A DNA stretch of 64,000 nt from Octopus vulgaris (Eukaryota), in NCBI GenBank assembly GCA_951406725.2, contig OX597815.1, forward strand, positions 118,792,001-118,856,000. The letters are read 5' to 3'. Of this stretch, positions 50,275 to 62,907 are shown piece after piece; the stretch's first letter is position 1, and every line of letters starts with the position of its first letter. The position numbers and the translations under genes are program-made. A model generated the notes under the pieces. It searched no databases and was not told the origin of the DNA. It saw only the letters and a list, made by a program, of their open reading frames with translations.

Positions 50275-50507
50275 AATTTCTTTATTGCCCACAGGGGTCT
50301 AAACATAGAGGGGACAAACAAGGACAGCCAAAGGGATTAAGTCGATTACATCGGCCCCAGTGCGTAACTGGTACTTATTTAATTGACCCCGAAAAGATGA
50401 AAGGCAAAGTCGACCTCCGCGGAATTTGAACTCAGAGCACAAAGACAGACGAAATACTGCTAAGCATTTCACCCAGCACGCTAACATTTCTGCCAGCTCG
50501 CCGCCTT
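50275..50507 (-). mobile_element. SINE family A, full-length long-tail type
   Basis: Reverse complement of the 7632 copy. TSD CACTTAGTCTATTATT (50259-50274) / CATTTAATCTATTATT (50508-50523). Confidence 0.9.
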
Positions 50508-50726
50508 CATTTAATCTATTATTGTTCTTTCAAAATGTATAAAACTCACAATCTCTGCCACTATTATATAAGCAACTGTAACAAGTGAAAAGAAATTTTT
50601 AAAGAAATAAAACATATTCCTGATAAGATTTGTATAGCGGGATCTACAAACATGGTTCAGTTTTCTGTTCTGATTATTTCACATGACGTTCGTCACAACA
50701 TTGCATTTCCGGTACTGCCCCTCCAC

Positions 50727-50875
50727 CTAGCGGATGGGGCCGTTGGCACCGCTTTCATATATCATTTTCAAAATTCATTTTATTCATATCTATGTAATTG
50801 TGATGTTCCATGTCCCCAATGTTTGTAATGTCCCCTCTATGTGGCCCCTAGTGGGTAATAAAGAAATGGGGGGGG
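50727..50875 (+). mobile_element. Very short 5'-truncated retroposon tail
   Basis: Perfect 16-bp TSD GGTACTGCCCCTCCAC (50711-50726 / 50876-50891). Ends GGCCCCTAGTGGGTAATAAAGAAAT. Confidence 0.85.
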
Positions 50876-51545
50876 GGTACTGCCCCTCCACTATTAACAA
50901 AGTATTTAATGCAAGGCTTCTTTGTTCTACAACTTAGCCTTAAACGATCTTTTAATGACTTCTCGTAGACATAAGGTCTATTTTAATTTAATTCTGTATT
51001 TTATTTTAAATTTGAAAGGAATGAAAATTTGCTCCTGAATGCTAGTTTGGGTTATTTTCATGTATATCACTTGTGTCTCTGCATCGCTTTAAAATCCTTT
51101 TTTAGTGAATCACAGGTAGACTTATACTGAGTTTTTTTTTGTTTTTTTTTTTAAGGATTCAAAATTGGTATTTTTGACGTTTTAAAGTAAAGGTAACATT
51201 AATTTTAAGTACTTGAAACTTTAAACAGCAATTATTGTGGAATACGAACTAACGACACACAATTTACAAATTTGGAGCCTTTATGCTCTTAGCCATTTTG
51301 TCTCTTCAGCAAATAATAAACAGCGAATTGCCATTTTATAGTACTAATCGTTTCGAGTCTTTGCTGGCTCGAACCAAGCATCAAGAACTGTAGAATGATA
51401 ATTTAAATCATCGATGAATTTATCAAAAGTTATTGAAAAACCATATCTCATTTACATAACAACAGAAAATATTACTACCAATATGTTTAAAAGAGTTTTT
51501 TAAAAAAATCACAGTTTATAGAAATCAAAAAAAAAACTAGGCGCC

Positions 51546-52283
51546 ATGTCGATGGGATCGTGTTCAGCGAAATATTTATTAATTCTATTGAACGCATTCT
51601 TTCTAGTGATTTCGTTGGTGCTAATTGCAGTTGGATCTCTCATGCAAGTATCCTTCCATGAGTATGCACAAGTTTTCCGTGATAGCGTAAGTGTACCAGC
51701 TGTACTAATAATTTCCCTCGGCCTCTTAATATGTATGACTTCGATTTTTGGCCTAGTGATCGTTGTAAAAGAAAGATACATTTTATTATCAGTATATTCT
51801 TGCGTTCTTGTCATTCTTATTATTGCTGAAATTTTAATTGGACTCGTTGGTCTTACCCTAAAGTCTTATGTACGCCAAATTGTGGTGCATACTATGCAAG
51901 TGGCGGAGAGGAAATATAACGAGAGCATTTCTGCGGCTTACACTTGGAATACTATACAGAACAACTTGCACTGCTGCGGTATTTTGAACTACACTGAGTG
52001 GTTGCCTTATTTGAACAATTCTGTACCAAATTCCTGTTGCATCTCTTATAAATATAACTGTGGTACTAATGCTGTTGAGGCCAACAACGTTCATGCGACA
52101 GGCTGTGATAAAGCTTTGTTTCACTGGCTCTACGAACACCAAATTGTCATCGGCGCCCTTTGTGCTGCTTTTGTCTTGCTAAAGATTTTGACGCTTATGT
52201 TAGCGCGTTGTTACGACAGATATCTCGTGGAATTTACAAATCAACCCAGTCTGAATCCTTTCAAAAGTTCAATATGGCAGTAG
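51546..52283 (+). CDS. Tetraspanin paralogue 4 (CD63-like), single coding exon, 245 aa
   Basis: GCGCCATG Kozak context. Canonical CSAKYLLILLNAFF TM1; TM3 Glu (IAEIL); CCG...PNSCC-x6-C-x13-GC. Confidence 0.96.
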   Translation: MSMGSCSAKYLLILLNAFFLVISLVLIAVGSLMQVSFHEYAQVFRDSVSVPAVLIISLGLLICMTSIFGLVIVVKERYILLSVYSCVLVILIIAEILIGLVGLTLKSYVRQIVVHTMQVAERKYNESISAAYTWNTIQNNLHCCGILNYTEWLPYLNNSVPNSCCISYKYNCGTNAVEANNVHATGCDKALFHWLYEHQIVIGALCAAFVLLKILTLMLARCYDRYLVEFTNQPSLNPFKSSIWQ

Positions 52284-55130
52284 CAACAAACCGTAACTAC
52301 TAAAAATGTCTCTAAAGAAACTAAATTTTCAACAAAATTGTAACTATAAGTTATTGGATTGTCAGTTTCGGTTTATTTGCTAAAGAAAAAAATGTAAGCA
52401 CGGAAATTTTGTTCGAGTCTATTATATCGTTCACAAAATCGTTTTTTTTTTTTTTTTGTTTCCCAATGCTTTCAGAAAAACTTCACTTCGCTATAGACTC
52501 TATTTGTGGTTCCCAATTTTATGCCATAGAAATAATACGGATTCAGTGAAAACTTTAATTGCCCAAATTTGTTATACTTTTTTTCCAAAAGTGTCACGAC
52601 TCGATGTTTTTGAAAGCAAATTTCAATCTTCAATGACTTGTGAAAGGAACTTTTGATTATATTATCTGAAGTGCACACGACCTCCCTGGAGTTGCTTTAC
52701 ACCGAGTTTTCTTCGCGTTCTAACAATCTAATTTCAGGCGAACAAAAGCTTTTTTTACATAAATAAATGGTTATTTCTGGAATGCTTCTAACTTCATGTC
52801 ACTTGTCTTATCTTAACAAGATTATTTCCAATGTAATTCTGAATTATTGCATGTTATCTTACACCAACCTCTAAATTTCAACTTGGTTAGGTAGCTCTCT
52901 TCTGACCTTAGCATGTTAAGTAACCAATTGAGTCGGCAATGTAATGAATTTCTAATTTTATCAGCCAAATCTTGATTTTCAGGATTTTGTTTAGTGAGTG
53001 CTAATATGATACGCAAAGACTACATCTCAAATGGTCCTCCTCTTCAGAACAAACTTTCTGACTACATCTCCCCATCTTCGAGACTGCTACAATAAAGTAT
53101 TGCTACCAAATCTAGAACGGTACTGCTGCTACACAACTTGGACAGCGTCCAGAGAAAGTTGCTTAAATTTGCATGACACTAACGCTTCAGTCCTTGGTTT
53201 ACATGTACTGTCGCCTTCCCGCTTTTTCTATTACAATACTATCTGCATTTTGGAGCTGGCTCATTTCCATTCCTCTTTCCATCACCTATGTACTTTCCAC
53301 TTCCATCACCTATGTTGAGTCCAATACTCCAGGCCATGTAGCAACCACAACATTTAGTTAATCTCAGAATGTCTGTTTTCAGGAACTCTCTCCATACATG
53401 TTTCTCGCCGTCGTTGGTTTGCAGCGATTTCGGTGAAAAATTAGCAACCTTGAAGGACCCGCGGAAAAGCTTCAGCATAGTCTCTGCTTCCAGGTCGCAC
53501 ACATTCAGTAAAAAGCTCGCTAATATACAAATCCTGATTCGACAAAGAGTTATATTTTGTTAAAATATCAACTGTATAGAAATACATTGAAATTAAACAG
53601 TGTTAAAGGACAGATTTTTCCTGATACGTAGCAAATAAAGGTATTAGCGGGTATAACATTCCTTAATTTTTGTAATCTAGAATTACACATTCATTAAATA
53701 GGTGCTAAAACCCTCTCAAGTCAAACAGTACTGCATATTTTCAATGCAGGCCTACCATCCAGTATTCGGACGTATTTCCATTATTGTACTTGAAACTTTA
53801 TTTTATGTATTATAAAATGCAAACCGTAGCCTTGGTCAAATCCTGTCTACCGTAATAAAAACATAGGCTAGACATTTCTGTCCACCTTTTTTTTCTTTTT
53901 TTTTTTTTTTTTGTATCACTGCATTTTTTACTCCTTTAAGTACAGGCAAATATCGTGTGACAGCAATTTCCTGACTCGTATTTGCACAGATATTGATATG
54001 TAGGATTAGTTGATGACATAAATTGAACATTGTATTTGAAATGTCAGACAGTGCAAGGTGCTTCGATGTATTCCTATTCCTCTTCTGCGCAGAGGTTTAT
54101 TTGCACAGCAAAATGTGAGTTATAGAACGTTTATGTTGGGATGGTAAATTAAAACAGCTTTGATTGCCTATACCCAGAGATTCTCAACATTGCGTACGAA
54201 ATTGTTTTACAGGTCAATAAACCTGCTTTTCATAGTTACCTGCTAAGATATTTTCCAGGATAAGAATGTAGTTAGTCGTCTCAATTATAAAATAAGGCAA
54301 TTTTATTTATGTATATTTTTCTAGTATTGGTATCTGACCATAATTTGGGGTGGGGTTACAATCCATTAAATTCCTAACGCAGTGTTTCACTAGTACTTAC
54401 TTTTATCGACTCCGGGAGGTAATAAACTAAGTCTAGCTATTGTCTTCTTGGATATCTTGATGCATTAATACAGCTTAATACTATCTCGCTTGATACAAAA
54501 CCTTGCTTAATTAAGGCTAACCTAGAATCTCCTTTACATTTATATCTTGATAGCGTAACTAAAACATTAGTCTGAAATTTATACTAATTTCTGTTTGTGT
54601 ATTTAGATTATAAATTCCAATACCTATAAACACTTCCAAAATTACCCCGTGAAAGATTTTCTTATATCACAGTGTGTTCCTTATAGATTCGAAAACTGTT
54701 GCCGATTTTGACAGGTATCAAGGTTCAGTAAACTTTCGTCTACATAAGTGTTTTTTGCACTAATTTTTTAAAATAACCTAGAAAACAAGCTCGGATAACA
54801 CAATTTTGAAGCCTTTAGCAAAGGGGGACAATTCTTCCTGAACAATCTTAAAATACATGGAGTTTCACCAGGGAATGAAATTTTGAAGATATACCGCCAA
54901 CTTTATTAGTATTATTTAGATAATCTTTCAATGTGAATTGTTTTGTTTAGCCCAGAGTTGCCTCTGCTATAGCAGATCCATCGCATAGTTTTTTTTCCTG
55001 AAATACTGTAAAACTGCCTTTCTTTTGATGAAAGGGTGTGTTTTACGAGATTTGGAAGCTTTTTGTAGTAGCTCAAGTTAACACAGAGACACGAGTGTTG
55101 TGAAAAAATACTTTTTCTCAATATTTTGCA

Positions 55131-55166
<36 letters not shown>

Positions 55167-55237
55167 CTGGCCATCCTTTCTACTGCTAACCATTCAACTT
55201 CAAATTACAATTGTTAATTGTTGGAACTCAAGTAGAC

Positions 55238-56905
55238 TGTTGTTGGCATCCTTTTTGTCTCGGGAGACAATGAAGTTGCGCATAAAATAATCTAGTCCGG
55301 CTTTTACATTTCATGTCCTAATACATTTCCTGCGGTGGCTGTGTAGTCCTATCCTGGACAAACATTCCCTCTGGCAGGTGCCGCAAATATAGCTAAGACT
55401 TTGCCTGGGTGGTTGTAATGTCATAGTTTCTTGTTGACGTCTTTTCTTGTCTTTCCATTTTTCCTCTCTCCCTCTCTGTCACTCCTTTGTGTTCCCTCTT
55501 TTACGGTACGTCGCCAATCTCCGCGGTTGCTGGCAACTGCTTCCCAGTTGCTAATATTGATGTTGCAGGCCTTCATGTCCCTTTTGCAAACATCCTTGTA
55601 TCGTAAGAACGGTCTTCCCACAGACCTAGTGTCCCTAGCAAGCTCTCCGTAGAGTATGTCCTTGGAGATTCTGCCATCTTCCATACGGCTAACATGTCCA
55701 AGCCATCTCATACGTCTTTGTGTGAGTGCAAACATGCTTGGTATTCCTGCTTGCTTGAGGACATTTTTGTTGGGGACATGATTCTGCCACTTGATGCCTA
55801 GGATTTTCCGGAGACAGCGCAGGTGAAAGATATTTAGGCGACGCTCTTGGCGTGTGTATGGCGTCCAAGTCTCACTTCCATACAGTAGAGTGCTAAGTAC
55901 ACATGCCTGGTAAATCTTTATTTTTGTGGTCTTGGTCAGCTTATTGTTATCCCATGCCCGTTTGGAGAGTTGGACCATCACAGCTCAACATCAAGGGATA
56001 AGGTGACGGTAGAGCCAAGAAAGGTAAACTTCTCCACCTCCTGTAGTCTGTGATCTTCAATATGTATGTTTGGGATGTCCAATGTAGCCTGACCCATGAT
56101 GTTGGTTTTCTTGAGGCTGATAACTAAGCCAAAGTCGCTACATGCTTGCTCAAAACAGTTGATGAGCCTTTGCAGAGCTTCTTCTGTGTGTGATACCTGA
56201 GCGGCATCATCAGCAAATAGCATCTCCTTAATCAAGACGCTTCTGATTTTGGTCTTGGCACGCAGACGCGAGAGATTGAACAGTTTCCCGTCACTTCTAC
56301 TGTGCAGAAACACTCCATCATCTGATGTCTGAAAGGCATGTGACAGCAGCAGCGAGAAGATGCCAAATAATGTAGGAGCAAGGACACAACCTTGCTTTAC
56401 CTCGTTTTTTATTTGGAAGGCGGCTGATGTTGAACCATTGTGCTGTATGATGCCTTGCATATCATCATGGAAATATTTGATGATCCTCAGCAGCTTTGGT
56501 GGACATCCGATTTTTTGGAGCAAGATGAAGAGGCTTTTTCTACTTACCAAGTGAAAGGCCTTTGTCAGATCAATGAAGGCCATATATAATGGCATTTTCT
56601 GCTCTCTGGACTTCTCTTGAATTTGGCGTATGGAGAACATCATGTCAATAGTTGATCTGTTTCTTCTAAAGCCACACTGCGATTCTGGATAAATTCGAGA
56701 AGCAAGCAGTTGTAGCCTGGACAGGATAACGCGAGCAAAGGTCTTTCCAACAGTGCGTAGAAGAGATATTCCACGGTAATTGTTACAATCACCACGGTCA
56801 CCTTTGTTTTTGTAGAGCGTAATGATGTTAGCATCCCGCATATCCTGAGGGACTGTACCCTCTTCCCAGCACTGACACAGAAGTTCATGAAAGTGCCGAA
56901 GTACT
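55238..56905 (-). mobile_element. RTE (BovB-like) LINE, 5'-truncated, frameshifted
   Basis: KGDRGDCNNYRGISLL, PESQCGFR, FIDLTKAF, LFADDAA, LLYGSETW, WLGHV and LYGEL motifs. C-terminal CGTCQRECLSRIGLHSH (~55335-55385); short (CAA)n tail. Confidence 0.92.
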
Positions 56906-56984
56906 GAGCTGTACATACAGTGTTATCGTATTGCGTGAAAGTTCAATACGAAGTAATTAAGTCTTTAAACATTATTTTCTGGGG

Positions 56985-57292
56985 TTTAGTCTTTCAACTG
57001 TCGCCATGATGGGGTGTCACCTTAAAAAATTTAATTGATCATACTGACCTCAGTACGTATTTCAATTTGGTGTTTATTTTATAGATCTGGTTGAACTTTG
57101 GGACATAGTGGGACACAATACTTGATTTAACAACAAATGCACACACTAGGTGCAAGAATGACTGGCTGAGAAGTTTACCTCCCAACCACATGGTACCATG
57201 TTCAGTCTCTCTGCATGGTACTTTGGGCAAGTGCTTTCTAATATAGTTCCAGGCCAACCACACTTGTGATTGAATTTGGTAGGCGGAAACTG
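56985..57292. mobile_element. SINE family B fragments (inverted composite)
   Basis: Minus-strand tail at 56985-57140, then plus-strand head CCCAACCACATGG...GGCGGAAACTG at 57170-57292. Confidence 0.55.
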
Positions 57293-57410
57293 CAGCGTTC
57301 TTCATCAGAAAATGACCGCGAAACGTTCATAAAGAGTTGTATGCTTCATACTCCTTGTGTGCCGATTCTGCCCATAAATGAACAAATAAAATGTGACTGT
57401 AGGTCATAAC

Positions 57411-57439
57411 ACCTGGGCAACGCCGGTGTGCATTACTAG
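57411..57439 (+). mobile_element. Orphan Helitron 3' terminus
   Basis: CCTGGGCAACGCCGG hairpin-like motif followed by CTAG|T. Confidence 0.55.
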
Positions 57440-57769
57440 TTAAAAAATAAGACCAAGCTACATACTCTTCAACAAATAATGTAGTACCTAAAATATCTTA
57501 AAGTAAAATATTCTAACTTAGCTACATCACAATTTTTCTGTAATGGGGTTCTTAACATTTATATATGTAAAATAATGGGGGGGGGGGGCACCAATATATC
57601 AGTTGTGCTCTATCCCACAATTTTTGCCATGGACTATTGCCAAACCATATTGTTGCTTTAAAGTAGAGGTCGATTCGCATATCACTTCAATAATCTTTGC
57701 TTCGATGGTGTTAATAAAACAATCCTTTTACAAGTGATACCAATTGTTTTTAATTACTACCGATTCAAG

Positions 57770-57804
<35 letters not shown>

Positions 57805-58011
57805 TACACACATATATATCAAGTACCAATGCACACTTATGTTAGTTTCCGTCCTCGACACTCGCTGGGAGGACCGTAGCTTTGCTGACAGCACGCACTG
57901 AGCACTATGCGTAGTAATTTTTCAGCTACACTTTAAATATGTACATGAAGAGAATTTTTTAGGAACGAATTTAAAATGATAATTTTCGCTCGATATTATC
58001 TTGCATCATAA

Positions 58012-58406
58012 GGCGGCGAGCTGGCAGAGTCGTTAGTACGCCGGGCGAAATGCTTAGCGGTATTTCGTCTGCTGCTATGCTCTGAGTTCAAGTTCTGCCG
58101 AGGTCGACTTTGCCTTTCATCCTTCCGGTGTCGATTAAATAAGTACCGGTTACGCACTGGGGTCGATATAATCGACTTAATCCGTTTGTCTGTCCTTGTT
58201 TGTCCTCTCTGTGTTTAGCCCCTTGTAGGTAGTAAAGAAATAAGTATTTCGCCCGTCGCTACGTTGAGTTCAAATTCCGCCGAGGTTGACTTTACCTTTC
58301 CTCCTTTCGGGGGTCGAAAAAATTAGTACCAGTGAAATTTTGTGCTCGTTGTAATCGACCAGTGACCTCCCCCAAAACTTCAGTCCTTGTTCCTATAATA
58401 GAAAGA
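58012..58406 (+). mobile_element. Composite SINE family A (long-tail unit plus headless short-tail unit)
   Basis: Two cores in tandem inside one 19-bp TSD, ATATTATCTTGCATCATAA (57993-58011) / ATATTATCTTGCACCATAA (58407-58425). Confidence 0.88.
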
Positions 58407-59624
58407 ATATTATCTTGCACCATAAAACCGATTTGCAAGTACATTAGCTGCTAAATAGATTTATATAGGCGGATTACTTTCAAAGAACAAGTATGGTAGT
58501 CGGAAATTTTCCGATAAATACTCTCCGCAATGGCTTCAATAAGAAGCTCATTGGTCGTAAGTTTGACGATAGCCATTGTTATTCAATTTAATCTCAACAT
58601 TTTCTAAGCTTACCGAAGCATGTAGCATGCATCTCGCGCTGCTTTATATATTCTACACTGTACGGCGGTTGTGGACAGACCCATCTAAAACTTCAAAAAC
58701 TTCTGCTATAAAAAATAAATAAAATGCATCCAGTTTATAAGCAGCTGCTTCCTATATTCCCACAAAACCTATTTAATCAGGATACAAAAGCGTTTGGCAA
58801 GATATGATGAAGTAATGCAGCCAATCGTCAGTAAATGCGAAATCTAAGTTTAAATTAGGGATGGTGAGCAGAAACTTTAGACTTAAGAGGATGTGATAAC
58901 TCAAAATCGCCCCATCCAGATCGCTTAAGCAACTTCAACATAGTCCTGAATGTATAATTCTAGTCAGTCACGATTTAAAGCATACTTGATATATTATAGC
59001 GTAGCGCTTAGTCGATGACGAAAAATATATGCTTGGTAGTCGGGCAAGGCTCCGCGTAAGAAGTTCAGTCCCACTGTGTGGTATCTTGAACTTCTAATAT
59101 ACCCTCGAAATGACCAATGCAATGAGAATGAAATTGATAGGCAACTGGAGGGAGCCTGTCACACGTACGCGCATATTTATAGCCAACTCACCAACCGGAA
59201 TTAATATTTTCTTTTTTAACTGACTGAAAGAGGAAAGCAAATTTAACCTCGGGGGAGGGGATTCAAACTCAAAGCACAGTTGGAACAAATACCACGAGGC
59301 CTTCTATCAAACCATTCTAACAACTCCGCCAATTAACACGCGCCTGCGCACTCACACATATATAACCGTATATTTATTGTTTATATGTCGATATGTATTC
59401 GTGTTTGTGTCAATCTTTGCTGCTGATACTGTTTGATTAAAAAAAATTGTCTAAGTTCATGTCATGTGACCTAGCTGAGCGAATAAGAGTGATAAAATGT
59501 ATACCGCTAAGTACTAAGGTCGGTAAGATAATTAAAAATCTTCGAGGTGGTGCTCCAGCATGGCACCAGTCTGATTTCTTCGATTGAAACAAGAGTATCT
59601 ATGACTTCTATTGGAAACATGGGC

Positions 59625-60040
59625 ATAGCTGTGTGGCTCACAATTTCGTTTATAAAGCACGTAGTTTCGGGTTCAGTCTCACTGCGACACCTTGGGTTAA
59701 TGTCCTCCTTTTTGTAACTCCGCGCCGACCAAGGCCTTGTGAGTATGTTTGTTATACGGAAACTGTGTGGAAGTTGTATGTGTATGATGTTAGTCCTGAA
59801 ACTGTGCGGAAGTTGTGTGTGTGTGTGTGTGTGTGTATAATGTTAGTCCTCCAACGCTTTGTAACCTGTGTAGGTTTGTTTACGTCCTCATAATTTAGTG
59901 ATTCTATAGAAAGTAACCGATAAAATAAGCACCAGATTTGATATAAATACTGGGGTAGATTTCTTCGAATAAAACCTTCAAGACAGTGCCACGGCATGGA
60001 CACAGTCTAATGACTGAAACAAGACAAAATAAAGAAAGGC
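59625..60040 (+). mobile_element. SINE family B, degenerate full-length
   Basis: GCTGTGTGG...GGGTTCAGTC head, CCGACCAAGGCCTTGTGAG, (GT)n, and tail ATGACTGAAACAAG. Confidence 0.7.
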
Positions 60041-60204
60041 CAAAAGATAATAAATTAATGTGTGGTAAGGAGATTACTTCCTAACCACATTGTTCTGGGT
60101 TCATTGTTCTGCGTGGCACCTTGGGCTAGTGTCTTCCACAATAGCCTCGAACCGACCAAAGCCTTGTGAGTGGATTTGGTTGGTGGAAACTGAGAGAAGA
60201 CGGT

Positions 60205-61067
60205 CGGGCCCACGCCTTTTCATCATCTACATCAATGACACAGTAGACATCATCAAACACTCTACATTCAAAATCTTTGCAGATGATTCCAAACTCCATG
60301 AAACGGTATGGGAGACCGAACATGCCTTCAGTCGGATCTGTTTGCTGTTGTCCAATGGCCGGAAAAAAACAATATGCTTTTAAATGAAGGTAAGTGTGAT
60401 TTGATCCACTTTGGAGAAGAGGATACTCCGAAATTACCTAGCGTCATCCAACAATACCAGAAACCTCTGAGTAAATGTTGATAACAATCTAAGCTGGAGT
60501 TCCCACGTAAACAGCAAGGTTGACTTGGCTCGCAAAATGTGCTCCTGGATTCTGAGAACTTTCCGGTCTAGAGATGCCCACACCATCCTTCTCTACTCTA
60601 CTTCTGTCCGACCTCACCTTGAATACTGTTGCCCACTGTGGTCTCCTCATACGAAGCAACTCATTATGAAAGTAAAATCACTCCAGAGGTCAATAACAAG
60701 AAAGATAGACAGCATGAGAGGCATTGACTATTGGGGTCGACTAAACTCAATCTTTACTCTCTCCTACGCCACCGGGAACGCTACATCATTTGTGTGATGT
60801 GGAAAATATTCCATTAATATTGCACAGATGATGTTGGGTCACAACTACTTTACCTCAACCGGTCCAGCTTTCATTAATACCATACCAAAGTACATCAGAA
60901 TGGAAACGGATCCCATAAGATTCAAAAGTTCACTGGACAAATTTCTTCAAAAAGTCCCAGACCAACCACTTGCGTCCGGATATTTCCAACAATAATAACT
61001 CTTTGTTAGAGTGGATCATGGTGCTCTATAATTGACTAAAAGACTTCACCAGGTGGTGCTATTAAAG
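60205..61067 (+). mobile_element. CR1-like LINE 3' fragment embedded in SINE B sequence
   Basis: GPRLFIIYIND, IFADDSKL and VRPHLEYCCPLWSP motifs. SINE B head segments lie on both sides (60060-60200 and 61068-61150). Confidence 0.85.
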
Positions 61068-61675
61068 GTGTCTTCTACTATAGCCTCGGGCTGACCAAAG
61101 CCTTGTGAGTGGGCTTAGTAGACGGAAACTGAAGGAAGCCCGTCGTATATATGTATATACATATGTATGTGTTTGTCCCCCAAACATCACTTGACAACCG
61201 ATGGTGGTGTGTTTACGTCCTCGTAACTAAACGATTCGGCAATATATATATATTCTTTTACTTGTTTCAGTCACTTGACTGCGGCCATGCTGGAGCACCG
61301 CCTTTAGACGAGCAAATCTACCCCAGGACTTATTCTTTGTAAGCCTAGTACTTATTGTATCGGTCTCCATTGCCGAACCGCTAAGTTACGGGGACATGAA
61401 CATACCAACATTGTTTGTTAAGCGATGGTGGTGAACGAACACAGACACACAAACACATACACACACGTACATATATGTGTGTATGTGTGCGTGTACCCCC
61501 ACCATCGCTTGACAACCGATGTTGGTGTGTTTATGTCCCCGAAATTTAGCGGGTTGGTAAAAGAGACTGATAGAATACGTACTAGGCTTACAACAAATAT
61601 GTCCTGGGGGTCGATTTCTTCGACTAAAGGCGATGCTCCAGCATGGCCGCAGTCAAATGACTGAAACGTGTAAAA
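61068..61675. mobile_element. SINE family B cluster with an inverted pair of 3' halves
   Basis: 61255-61435 (minus) is the reverse complement of 61495-61675 (plus). Confidence 0.8.
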
Positions 61676-62250
61676 AAAAAAAAGTAACTGATTAATATCG
61701 AGAAGACGTCATGATTCTGCGAGATTCTGTAAACAACATCCGCATTCTCCAAGCAAACCTATGTTTCGTCAGTGGATTGTCATTTTCATTCCACCCCTTT
61801 CAGAATCTTATTTTTTTTTAGGTAGGGAAGTAACGTCTAAGAATGTATTTGAGGTCAGGCAGCGTTCGTTCAATAAAGTAAAGTGGTTGAATACTGTCAA
61901 GTAAACACTATGGGTTGTTTGGTTTTGCAGTTAGTTGTTTTATTTATTTTATTTTATTTATTCTTTTTTTTTATTGTTGCTTTCATGTTGTTATCTGAAC
62001 GAGTTAATAGAAAGCTAGAAGGTTGCTGGAAATCTATTTATCTGGACTGTGAATAAATAAATTGACAAGGCCGTCAGTTAGTGCGCTTTAGGGGTGAACG
62101 AAGGGACATCTACGTGTTGAAAGAGAGACAGAATCAAAAAGAGACAACTGGGGAAAAGTTTAGATGAGGAAGATGTGAGTTAATGAAAGAGAGATGGTGG
62201 GAGAGTGTATGTGTGTCTTTGTACTTATATGAGGGTGAAAGAGAGAGTAT

Positions 62251-62287
<37 letters not shown>

Positions 62288-62907
62288 GGAAACGGGTGTG
62301 TGAGAAAAAGCAGCCGAAGACATGGGAATTCTGTTTTCAATAGAAGTTTTGTTTATTTACATTTTTTACTCTATATTATCGTGGAATTTCGAATTATCTT
62401 GGAGATTCGCTTCTTGTAATTATAAACCACTGGTCGTAATTAAAAATCTTTGGTGAAGAAACCGCCTGGTGGTTTTATTATCAAAGTCAATTTCTACTCA
62501 ACAGCTAATATTTCCTATAAATATATTTCAAAGAATAAAACTCTATCACGTACTAACCGACCTTGCCTTACCCAGTTCCACTTTCAACGCAATTTCAACT
62601 TCAGCAGGTTTCGCAGTCAACTGGAATGCATATTAGAGATATTAGCCCAAGCATCAATTTGGATTGGTCAGAGAATATGAAGAAAAGCCGTGGTTAGCGC
62701 GCGCGCGCGAGTAACTGCTTCCGTCAAAAGAGAAGGCTGTGGTTATAGAATTCGAGAATTTTCACTAAGAACTTATGAGGATATGTTAACTAAAACGTGC
62801 AATCTTATAAGGGATCATTTTGTTCCATTAAATTAGACAATGCCTGGGCCAGCTTCGGCCGAAACTTATCGAAGTAATCTAAATAATCAACATTAATTTA
62901 GCACGCT

